32,000 bases of DNA from Halomicrobium mukohataei DSM 12286 (GTDB taxonomy: Archaea; Halobacteriota; Halobacteria; Halobacteriales; Haloarculaceae): NCBI RefSeq assembly GCF_000023965.1, contig NC_013202.1, positions 990,001-1,022,000 on the forward strand. The letters are read 5' to 3'. The position numbers were made by a program, and so were the translations under genes. How positions within the stretch are numbered: the stretch's first letter is position 1; the number at the start of each line of letters is the position of its first letter. Positions 22,757 to 30,536 of this stretch are shown one piece after another. Below the pieces are notes generated by a model. The model did not search any database. It had not been told where the DNA came from and was given only the letters and a program-made list of their open reading frames with translations.

Positions 22757-23659
22757 TCACCGATCGGGCGGGGACAGATCGCGACCGAACTCGTCGAACT
22801 GGGTGACGTCGTCGGGGACCGTACTGTCGAGTTTGCGCTGGTCGCGCCGGTCGACGTTGGCACCGTCGAGCGAGTCGGCGACGGACTCCCAGCCGTCCTT
22901 GATGGCGACGCTCTCCGCGGGGGTGCCGGCCGCGATGTGGTGGGCGGGTACGTCGCGACTGACCGACGACTTGGCCGCGAGAATCGAGTTCTCGCCCAGT
23001 CGGACGCCGGCCCGGACCATCGAGTCGTAGGTGACCCGAGCGTCGTCTTCGATGATCGTGTGGTAGTTGTCGACGTGGGTCTGGTCGACCGAATCGTGGT
23101 CGTGGGTGTAGACGTGTGCGTCGTCGGAGATAGAGACGCGGTCACCGATCGTCAACCGTCCGCGGTCGTCAAGGTGTACGTCGTCGTGGATCACGACGTT
23201 GTCACCGACGGTGATGTTGTGGCCGTAGGTGAACGTGATCCCCTTGAAGAACCGGCATCCGTCGCCGACTTCCTCGAAGAGGTGCTCCGCGATCATCCGT
23301 CGAAAGCGCAGCGCGAACTCGACGTTGTCCGCCATCGGCGTCGCGTCGAACTGTCGCCAGAGCCACTGGAGGTACTTCGACTCCGAAAAGGCGTCTTCGT
23401 CTTTCTCCGCGTAGTACTCGCTCTCCAGGGTCGCGTTACAGGGATCGTACCCCTGCAGACGGACCCGCTCGGCCGGCGACACGTCCTCGCCCGACTGCCA
23501 TCGCTCGTAGGCCTCCCGGTCGCCGTGGAGGTCGACCAGCACGTCCTCGACGACGTCGCAGGTGTCCTCGTCGCTCGCGAGGCGCTCGTCGACCTCGGAG
23601 ATGAACGCGCGCAGGCCCTCCTCGGCCAGCGGCGGCAGCGAGACGTGGCGCTTCGTCAT
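22757..23659 (-). CDS. Hexapeptide-repeat (left-handed beta-helix) acyltransferase with an N-terminal extension
   Basis: 300 aa. Repeats ITVGDNVVIHDDVHLDDRGRLTIGDRVSISDDAHV... then GENSILAAKSSVSRDVPAHHIAAGTPA. Confidence 0.8.
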   Translation of the reverse strand: MTKRHVSLPPLAEEGLRAFISEVDERLASDEDTCDVVEDVLVDLHGDREAYERWQSGEDVSPAERVRLQGYDPCNATLESEYYAEKDEDAFSESKYLQWLWRQFDATPMADNVEFALRFRRMIAEHLFEEVGDGCRFFKGITFTYGHNITVGDNVVIHDDVHLDDRGRLTIGDRVSISDDAHVYTHDHDSVDQTHVDNYHTIIEDDARVTYDSMVRAGVRLGENSILAAKSSVSRDVPAHHIAAGTPAESVAIKDGWESVADSLDGANVDRRDQRKLDSTVPDDVTQFDEFGRDLSPPDR

Positions 23660-23818
23660 ACTGCGAGGATGGCGGTGCCCGCTGATATGGGTTTCCGTTG
23701 CGTCGCCGTTACCGCCGAGTAACCCGGCGACGTGGCCGTAACGTGGCGATCGGACCCGGAGAATGAGGGGCTCCGAGAAGGGGAGCTACTTTGCCCCCGC
23801 CGCCCGCACCGTCGGGCA

Positions 23819-24829
23819 ATGGCGCGATCGGATCTCATCACGGAGGTACGCCGCGTGCTCGTGAACCCGCGGGAACGACGCCTGCGAGCGGGCTGGCGAC
23901 TGCTCGTCGGACTGCCGGTGCTCCTGTTCGTGCTGGCGGTCGCGGGCGTCGGTCAGCGGGCGGTACAGGCCATCCCGCTCACGGTGCCAGTGCTCGCGGG
24001 TGGGGCGATCCTGGCGGGAGCGCTGTTGTCCTACGGTGCCGGGACGGGCACGCTGGTCGGGCTCTCGTGGTGGCTCGGCGGGCGGACCCTCGCGGGACTG
24101 GGACTGGGCGGCGACGGCTGGTGGCGCAACCTCGGGTTCGGACTCGCCGTCGGGGTCGCGATGACGACGGCGATCTTCCTCGTCGAGTTGGGGCTGGGGC
24201 TGATCGCTGTCGACGGCGTACTCGTCGCGAGACCGACGAACCAGCTCGGCGTCGCCCTGCCGGTAGTGGTCGCCGTTCCGGTCACGCTCCTCTTTTTCGT
24301 CGGCGTCGGCGTCTTCGAGGAGGTGCTGACGCGTGGCTACCTGCTGAACAACATTGCCGAGGGGCTGAGCGGTGTCGGACCGGTCGGCAAGCGGGGCGCG
24401 GTCGCGGTTGCGGCGGCCGTGACCAGCGCCGTCTTCGGCCTGTTGCACCTGACGAACCCCAGCACGACGCTGTTTTCCACGCTCAACATCACCGTCGTCG
24501 GCCTGTTTTTCGCCGCGACCTACGTCGTCACCGACGATCTGGGAATCCCGATCGGGATCCACATCACGTGGAACTTCTCGCTGTCTTCGCTGTACGGCTT
24601 CCCCGTCAGCGGACTCGCGATGCCGGGGACCGTCCTCTCGGTCCGCCAGACCGGTGCCGACGTGGTGACCGGCGGCACGTTCGGCCCGGAGGGCGGACTG
24701 ATCCTCTATCTCGGGCTCGCAGTCGGGATCGCGCTCACCTGGTGGTGGGTCCGCCGAGTGGACGGCGCAGTGCGTTTTCGGACCGACATCGCCGACCCCG
24801 ATCTGCGCGATCCGCCCCGCCCCGAGTGA
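23819..24829 (+). CDS. CPBP-family intramembrane glutamic endopeptidase (CAAX protease-like)
   Basis: ATG at 23819 (MARSDLITE). Multi-pass membrane protein with FEEVLTRGYL, FGLLHL and HITWNF motifs. The stop TGA at 24827-24829 overlaps repeat copy C. Confidence 0.8.
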   Translation: MARSDLITEVRRVLVNPRERRLRAGWRLLVGLPVLLFVLAVAGVGQRAVQAIPLTVPVLAGGAILAGALLSYGAGTGTLVGLSWWLGGRTLAGLGLGGDGWWRNLGFGLAVGVAMTTAIFLVELGLGLIAVDGVLVARPTNQLGVALPVVVAVPVTLLFFVGVGVFEEVLTRGYLLNNIAEGLSGVGPVGKRGAVAVAAAVTSAVFGLLHLTNPSTTLFSTLNITVVGLFFAATYVVTDDLGIPIGIHITWNFSLSSLYGFPVSGLAMPGTVLSVRQTGADVVTGGTFGPEGGLILYLGLAVGIALTWWWVRRVDGAVRFRTDIADPDLRDPPRPE

Positions 24830-24909
24830 TACGGACGGTTGTAGCAATGTACCGGCGAGCGTCTCCCCGGTGGCGACGCTTACCGATACGCAACGACAAC
24901 GTTCCCTAC
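24829..24909. repeat. 81-bp imperfect palindromic repeat, copy C (more decayed)
   Basis: ATACGGACGGTTGTAGCAATGTACCGGCGAGCGTC / TCCCCGGTGGC / GACGCTTACCGATACGCAACGACAACGTTCCCTAC. 69 of 81 positions are identical to copy B by hand alignment. Confidence 0.8.
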
Positions 24910-24989
24910 GAGACCGGGCAGGCAGCGCCGGTGTCCTCGCGTGTGCCGGGACCAAGAGGGCTAAGTGCGCGCATCCGTAACGTCGGGAC

Positions 24990-26084
24990 ATGAACGAGCG
25001 GGAACTCGGAACGTCAGGCGTCGAAGTTTCGGAGATCGGTTTCGGGGCCTGGGTCGTCGGCACCGACTGGTGGGGCGACCGCAGTCGCGACCAGGCCATC
25101 GAGATGGTTCACCACGCCATCGACCAGGGCGTCACCTACTTCGACACCGGCGACGTGTACGGCCACGGGGCGAGCGAGGAACTAATCGGCGAGGCCCTCG
25201 CGGAGTATCGCGAGGACGTGACGGTCTCGACGAAGGTCGGCTACGACTTCTACAACAACCCTCAGGCCGGCCACGGGGAACTCCCCAAGCGGATCGACGG
25301 CGAGTGGATCCGAGAGGCGCTTGACGACTCGCTGGAGCGGCTCGACATGGAGTACGTCGATATGCTCATGTTGCACAACGCCAACGCCGACGAGGTCGAC
25401 GCGGACGTGCTGGCGACGCTCGACGAGCTCCGAGAGGAGGGCAAAGTCGAGGCGATCGGCTGGGCGCTCGGCCCCTCGATCGGCTGGCTGGCCGACGGCG
25501 ACGCCGCCGTGCAAAACGAGTTCGACGCCCTCCAGACGGTCTTCAACATGTTCGAGCAGGTGCCGGGCCAGCACTTTCTCGACACCATCCGAGAGCTGGA
25601 CGCCGACACCTCCGTCGTCGCCCGCGTGCCCCACTCCTCGGGGCTGCTCAACGAGCAGGTCACGCCCGACACCGAACTCGGCGAGGGCGACCACCGCTCT
25701 CACCGCCCAACCGAGTGGTACGAGACCGGCTGGGAGAAAGTCGACAGCGTTCGGTTCCTGGAGCGCGCGGACGGCGCGAGCGGTGACGAACCGCGAGGGG
25801 ACCACGCCGACGGCCGGCGAACGATGGCCCAGGCTGCCCTCCAGTGGCTGCTGTACCACGACGAAGTCGCGAGCGTCACGCCGACGTTCCGGACCGCCGC
25901 CGACATCGACGAGTGGGCCGGCGCGCCGGCCACGCCGGCCCTGTCCGACGCGGAGTACGAGCGCGTCCAGGAGCTGTACGCGGACAACTTTGGCGTCGAC
26001 CGCGACGACGGGATGGACCAGCTCCGGTCCTCGGTCGGCGGCGAGGACTTGGACGAGACTGGGACGGCTCCGGCAGACGACTGA
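24990..26084 (+). CDS. Aldo/keto reductase family oxidoreductase
   Basis: 364 aa. GTSGVEVSEIGFGAW, YFDTGDVYGHGASEELIGEAL and STKVG motifs. Confidence 0.9.
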   Translation: MNERELGTSGVEVSEIGFGAWVVGTDWWGDRSRDQAIEMVHHAIDQGVTYFDTGDVYGHGASEELIGEALAEYREDVTVSTKVGYDFYNNPQAGHGELPKRIDGEWIREALDDSLERLDMEYVDMLMLHNANADEVDADVLATLDELREEGKVEAIGWALGPSIGWLADGDAAVQNEFDALQTVFNMFEQVPGQHFLDTIRELDADTSVVARVPHSSGLLNEQVTPDTELGEGDHRSHRPTEWYETGWEKVDSVRFLERADGASGDEPRGDHADGRRTMAQAALQWLLYHDEVASVTPTFRTAADIDEWAGAPATPALSDAEYERVQELYADNFGVDRDDGMDQLRSSVGGEDLDETGTAPADD

Positions 26085-26142
26085 CCGGCGGCGCTTCTCT
26101 CCTGCGATCCGGACGCACGGAGCGCTTCGAAATTCGACACGG

Positions 26143-26150
26143 GTTTATCC
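26143..26150 (+). promoter_or_regulatory. TATA-like box (GTTTATCC) for rnz
   Basis: 22-29 nt upstream of the ATG at 26172. Confidence 0.4.
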
Positions 26151-26171
26151 ACGCTCGCCCAGAACCAGAGC

Positions 26172-27092
26172 ATGCGCGTGACGTTTCTCGGGACGAGCGG
26201 AGCGGTACCGACGACCGAGCGCAATCCCAGTGCGCTGTTCGTCAACAGAGACGGCGACAAGCTCCTGTTCGACTGCGGCGAGGGCACCCAGCGCCAGATG
26301 ATGCGCTTTGGAACCGGGTTCGCCGTCGACCACGTCTTCGTCACGCACACCCACGGCGACCACGTGCTGGGGATCCCCGGTCTCCTCCAGACGTTCGACT
26401 TCAACGACCGCGAGGAGCCCTTGGCGATCCACGCGCCCGCCGGGACGCGAGGGACCATCGAGGACCTCGTCTCGGTCACCGGCGACACGCCCTCGTTCCC
26501 GGTCCGGATCACGCAGGTCTCGGCCGGCGACACCGTGCTCGACGGCGACGGCTACGAGGTGCGGGCGATCCGCACCCAGCACCGCTGTCAGTCGGTGGGG
26601 TACGCCGTCGTCGAGGACGACCGCAAGGGCCGGTTCGACCGCGAGAAAGCCGAGGAGGAACTCGGGATCGAGCCCGGCCCGAAGTACTCGAAGCTCCACC
26701 GCGGCGAGCCGGTCGAACACGAGGGGCGGACGATCCAGCCCGAGGCGGTCGTCGGCCCCGATCGGCCCGGCCGGACGCTGGTCTACACCGGCGACACCCG
26801 CCCCACCGACTCCGTCGTCGAAGCCAGCGAGGACGCCGATCTGCTGGTCCACGACGCCACCTTCGCCGACGACTGGGCGGAGCGAGCGCGCAAGACCGCC
26901 CACGCCACCGGTCGCGAGGCCGCCGAGGTCGCACAGGAGGCGGGGGCCAAACGCCTCGCGCTCACCCACATCTCGACGCGCTACGGCGGCAATCCGACAC
27001 CGATCCTCTCCGACGCCCGCGAGGCCTTCGACGGCGAGGTCTTCGTCCCCGACGACGGCCGCCGGATCGACGTGCCCTTCCCCGACGAGTGA
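26172..27092 (+). CDS. rnz: Ribonuclease Z (tRNA 3' endonuclease)
   Basis: 306 aa. Metallo-beta-lactamase motif THTHGDH, N-terminal FLGTSGAVPT, C-terminal LTHIS. Confidence 0.9.
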   Translation: MRVTFLGTSGAVPTTERNPSALFVNRDGDKLLFDCGEGTQRQMMRFGTGFAVDHVFVTHTHGDHVLGIPGLLQTFDFNDREEPLAIHAPAGTRGTIEDLVSVTGDTPSFPVRITQVSAGDTVLDGDGYEVRAIRTQHRCQSVGYAVVEDDRKGRFDREKAEEELGIEPGPKYSKLHRGEPVEHEGRTIQPEAVVGPDRPGRTLVYTGDTRPTDSVVEASEDADLLVHDATFADDWAERARKTAHATGREAAEVAQEAGAKRLALTHISTRYGGNPTPILSDAREAFDGEVFVPDDGRRIDVPFPDE

Positions 27093-27135
27093 GGTCGGGC
27101 CCAACAGTTACGGTAGCCTGGCACACAGTAGAACC

Positions 27136-28071
27136 ATGAACGTGCTGGTCACCGGTGCGACCGGCTTCGTCGGCGGGAACCTCGTGCCCGCGTTGCTGGA
27201 GCGGGGCCACGATGTCCGGGCGCTGGTCCGGGATCCGACGGGGTACGACGGACCCGACGACGTCGAGGTCGCCGTCGGCGACCTACTGGAACCGGACAGC
27301 TTCGACGACGCGCTCGACGGGATCGACGCCGCGTACTACCTCGTCCACTCGATGCGTGCCGGTGCGGACTTCGAGGAGCGCGACCGGACCGCGGCGCGGA
27401 ACTTCGCCGAGGCCGCCAGCGAGGCGGGCGTCGACCGCGTCGTCTACCTCGGCGGGCTGGGCGAGGAGACCACGGAGCTGTCCTCGCACCTCGAATCGCG
27501 ACGGGAGGTCGAACGGCTGTTGCGAGACGGCGACTACGACCTGACGACGCTGCGGGCGGCGATCATCATCGGCGACGGCTCGGCGAGCTTCGAGATGGTG
27601 CGCCAGATGGACCGCCGGCTACCGGTGATGACGACGCCACAGTGGGTCGAGACGCCCAGTCACCCCATCGCCATCGACGACGTGATCGCCTACCTCGTCG
27701 GGGTACTGGACGTGCCCGAGACCGCGGGCGAGACCTACGACATCGGCGGGCCCGAGGTGCTGTCATACGCGGAGATCCTCAAACGGACCGGCAAGGTGAT
27801 GGGCACCGGCGAGCCCTACATCATCCCGATCCCCGTCCTCTCGCCGCGGCTGTCTTCGTACTGGATCGGCTTCGTCACCGACGTACCCACCAGCGTCGCA
27901 CGGCCGCTGATCGAGGGGCTGAAAAATCCCGTCGTCGCCAACGACGAGCCGATCCGCGAACTGCTGCCCGTCGAGCTGACGCCGTTCGAGACCGCGGTCG
28001 AGCGGGCGCTTGGCAAGCGCGAGGCCCGCCTGGCCGTCGAGCGGCTCCCGGCGGAGGTCCGGTCCCGGTGA
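27136..28071 (+). CDS. NmrA/SDR-like NAD(P)-binding oxidoreductase
   Basis: ATG at 27136. Rossmann motif VLVTGATGFVGGNLV. 311 aa. Confidence 0.8.
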   Translation: MNVLVTGATGFVGGNLVPALLERGHDVRALVRDPTGYDGPDDVEVAVGDLLEPDSFDDALDGIDAAYYLVHSMRAGADFEERDRTAARNFAEAASEAGVDRVVYLGGLGEETTELSSHLESRREVERLLRDGDYDLTTLRAAIIIGDGSASFEMVRQMDRRLPVMTTPQWVETPSHPIAIDDVIAYLVGVLDVPETAGETYDIGGPEVLSYAEILKRTGKVMGTGEPYIIPIPVLSPRLSSYWIGFVTDVPTSVARPLIEGLKNPVVANDEPIRELLPVELTPFETAVERALGKREARLAVERLPAEVRSR

Positions 28072-28784
28072 GTCAGGACCGGCGACCGCTCCGGTACGGA
28101 GAGACGTGGGTCTACGAGAGCATCGTCGGGGCGCTACCGGGGATCAGCCTGCCGGCGTGGGCGGCCGTCGCCATCCAGTTGCTCGTCTTCGAACTCGGCG
28201 TGCTCGTCCTGGCGGCGTACTACGACCTCTGGGCGGCCGCGGTCGCCGGCACGGCCGCGGTCGTCGTCGCCGCGATCGGCAGCGTCGAGATGCTGCGGAT
28301 CGGGACGCTGGTCCGCCGGATCGACGTGCCCGGCGACTATCGCGACCTCCTCTTTAGCTCGAACGTCGAGGTCGTCCTCTCGGTGCTCGCCTACATCGCG
28401 CTGGTGACCCACCTGTTCGTCTTCGATCCCCAGCAGGGCGGGGAGACGCTGGTCGGGCGGCTGTTCGGCCCCGACCAGCCGATACTGGTCGTCTACCTGA
28501 TGTTGCTGGTGCTGTGGGACGTGTGTTATCGGATCGGCACCGGCTGGTGGGCCGCGATCACGTCGCTGTGGCGGTCGGCCCGCTACCGGTTCGACCCGGA
28601 GACCGCCGCCGTGTTGCGCCGGGCGGATCTGGAGATCCTCGGGTTCGGACTGCTCCAGCTCGTGTTGGTCCCGTTCGTCCTGGAGTTTCGGGTGCTGCTC
28701 GCGGCCGTCCTGGCACACGTCGTCGCGGTGACGGTCGTGATGTCGCTGTCGGTGTTCCTGCTCGGTCGACAGACGACGGCGTAG
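28068..28784 (+). CDS. Multi-pass membrane protein, coupled to the NmrA-like gene
   Basis: GTG at 28068 overlaps the upstream TGA (GTGA). 238 aa, about 6 hydrophobic helices. Confidence 0.6.
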   Translation: MSQDRRPLRYGETWVYESIVGALPGISLPAWAAVAIQLLVFELGVLVLAAYYDLWAAAVAGTAAVVVAAIGSVEMLRIGTLVRRIDVPGDYRDLLFSSNVEVVLSVLAYIALVTHLFVFDPQQGGETLVGRLFGPDQPILVVYLMLLVLWDVCYRIGTGWWAAITSLWRSARYRFDPETAAVLRRADLEILGFGLLQLVLVPFVLEFRVLLAAVLAHVVAVTVVMSLSVFLLGRQTTA

Positions 28785-28958
28785 CTACGAGGATTTGATC
28801 TGCTCGAACTGGTCGAGCAGTTCTTCGGTCGAATCGCTGGAGTCGTACTCGACTTCGCCGTGGTACGCTGTCCGGTCGTCGTCTTCGCTCAGATCGACGT
28901 CGCTGTTCTTGCGCTCGCGGCGTTCGTGTTCGTCTTCGTCATATGCGCCCATCGACAT
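28785..28958 (-). CDS. Small highly acidic conserved haloarchaeal protein (57 aa, below the ORF-track cutoff)
   Basis: Hand translation gives MSMGAYDEDEHERRERKNSDVDLSEDDDRTAYHGEVEYDSSDSTEELLDQFEQIKSS*. Its stop abuts the stop of the convergent gene. Confidence 0.6.
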   Translation of the reverse strand: MSMGAYDEDEHERRERKNSDVDLSEDDDRTAYHGEVEYDSSDSTEELLDQFEQIKSS

Positions 28959-29002
28959 TGATTACCACACTCAATGTAATGTGGTAGTAGTTATCAATGT
29001 AA
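28955..29002. promoter_or_regulatory. AT-rich nested inverted/direct repeat (CAATGT motif x3) in a divergent promoter
   Basis: ACATTGAT 28955-28962 pairs with ATCAATGT 28993-29000. TACCACA 28963-28969 pairs with TGTGGTA 28980-28986. TCAATGTAA is repeated at 28971-28979 and 28994-29002. Confidence 0.4.
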
Positions 29003-29075
29003 CGGTCAAATGAACTGCTGCTGACAGTTATGTCCATGCAGAACCCTCAAACGGGCTGGGCGCGTACGGTGATTC

Positions 29076-30071
29076 GTGGCAGGCCCGATTCGATTCCGAC
29101 GCTCGTCCGAACGCTGGAACGCGGGACGAGTACACGACGCCCTCTATCAGCCGCTCGACGCGAAGTTCGGCGCGACCACGGCCGATCCGTGGTACCGCCC
29201 GCCCGACGGCTACGAAGCGCGCCGCATTGCGATGGACAACGGCGACCTCGCGCTGTTTTGCTGGTCAGACGACGACGCCTACTGGCTGGGCAACACCGAG
29301 ACGCCGAAGACGCTGTGGCGCACGAACAAGTGTAGCTTCGAGGAAGCGCCACACGGCGTCGCCCGCTGGGGGAAACGCGAACTACTCGCCCAGCTCGAAC
29401 AGGAGGACCCGTGGTTGGCCGAATACGACCACCTGGCCTGGTTCTTCCTGCCGGTCTTCTTCTCGAAGGACGGCCGGGAATCGACGCGAGCGTTCTTCCG
29501 GGACCACGCCGGTGGGTTCCCCGACGCCGACCGCGAGGCGGCGCTGTCCTTCTACGAGGAACTGCTCTCGACGGGGCTGCTCGACGATCACCGCTACACG
29601 ATGGCGAGCAAGCTCGGGACCAGCGACGGCGTCGACCTGACCAGAATGCAGGCGACGATGGGCGAGTTCAACGCCGCCAAGCTGCTCGCCGACGCGGGTC
29701 ACGACTTCGAACCTGAGGTCGAACTGGGGTCGGGCCACGCGCTGGACTTCCAGGTCGACGACATCCTCGTCGAAGTGACCCGTCCCCAGCCGACGAACCG
29801 CCGCAAGATCGACTCGCCGATCCACGCGGTCAAGGCCAGCGGCGACGCCAAGACCCGCGACCAGATCGCGATCCACGGCAACGCCGCGCTGTTCGTCGAC
29901 TGCTCGTCGTTCCCCGACGACGACTGGCGACGCATCCTCGGCGAGCGCCCAGACGTGGGCCACGAGCCCGCCGTCGTCTTCCGGATGCGCCCGGACGGCA
30001 CGACCGAAGGCTACGTGAAGGGCACCTTACACCTGGACGTGGCCGGCGAACTCGAACTGCCGGCCCGGTAG
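29076..30071 (+). CDS. Conserved haloarchaeal hypothetical protein; the C-terminal region may be nuclease-like
   Basis: GTG start at 29076, with an in-frame TGA at 29070-29072 just upstream. 331 aa with good GC3. GHALDFQVDDILVEVTR resembles a D...ExK-type core, but this is only suggestive. Confidence 0.6.
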   Translation: MAGPIRFRRSSERWNAGRVHDALYQPLDAKFGATTADPWYRPPDGYEARRIAMDNGDLALFCWSDDDAYWLGNTETPKTLWRTNKCSFEEAPHGVARWGKRELLAQLEQEDPWLAEYDHLAWFFLPVFFSKDGRESTRAFFRDHAGGFPDADREAALSFYEELLSTGLLDDHRYTMASKLGTSDGVDLTRMQATMGEFNAAKLLADAGHDFEPEVELGSGHALDFQVDDILVEVTRPQPTNRRKIDSPIHAVKASGDAKTRDQIAIHGNAALFVDCSSFPDDDWRRILGERPDVGHEPAVVFRMRPDGTTEGYVKGTLHLDVAGELELPAR

Positions 30072-30220
30072 AGAAGTGGCTCGTTACGGCCTGGAACCCG
30101 AAAAGCGTGAGCCGGAGAAGACAGATCGGCATATACACAGCTTGCAGTCTTTGGTGCTGGGAATATACCGTGACGATCGATGTTTCGATCTACGAGCCCG
30201 TGCAAAAATATTATATCGAT

Positions 30221-30439
30221 ATGATACGAACGCCCAGATTGATGTCATCTATCCTGTATAATATGTACGATCCCGACGTTCGAGCATTGTGGACTACCCT
30301 ACTGGGTTCAACGTTTATATTGGCGCTATTCCTGGTAAACTTTGACCTCTCCAATCCATATTTTGTGGTTGGTATACTCGTCACTGGTCTCGTTGTCGCG
30401 TTTTCGGCTACTATCCTGATCCGGGAAGTAGGCAACTAG
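30221..30439 (+). CDS. Small 2-TM membrane protein inside a low-GC islet (start uncertain)
   Basis: ORF 30107-30439. In-frame ATGs at 30221, 30242 and 30263. AAAAATATTATAT at 30204-30216 is a TATA candidate. Hydrophobic core LLGSTFILALFLV...VVGILVTGLVVAFSATIL. Confidence 0.35.
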   Translation: MIRTPRLMSSILYNMYDPDVRALWTTLLGSTFILALFLVNFDLSNPYFVVGILVTGLVVAFSATILIREVGN

Positions 30440-30477
30440 CTGGATCAGTGCAGAATACCCATCTTACAGAAGTTACT

Positions 30478-30512
30478 CTCTCCCCGGTACAACGCTGTAG
30501 AACGCCGTTCCT
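30478..30512. repeat. Degenerate partial copy of the palindromic repeat downstream of the uvrC stop
   Basis: The minus strand reads GGAACGGCGTTCTACAGCGTTGTACCGGGGAGAG, compared with the left arm ACGGACGGTTGTAGCAATGTACCGGCGAG of copy C. Confidence 0.3.
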
Positions 30513-30536
30513 CGTCGTCATTCCTCTCGAAAGCGC

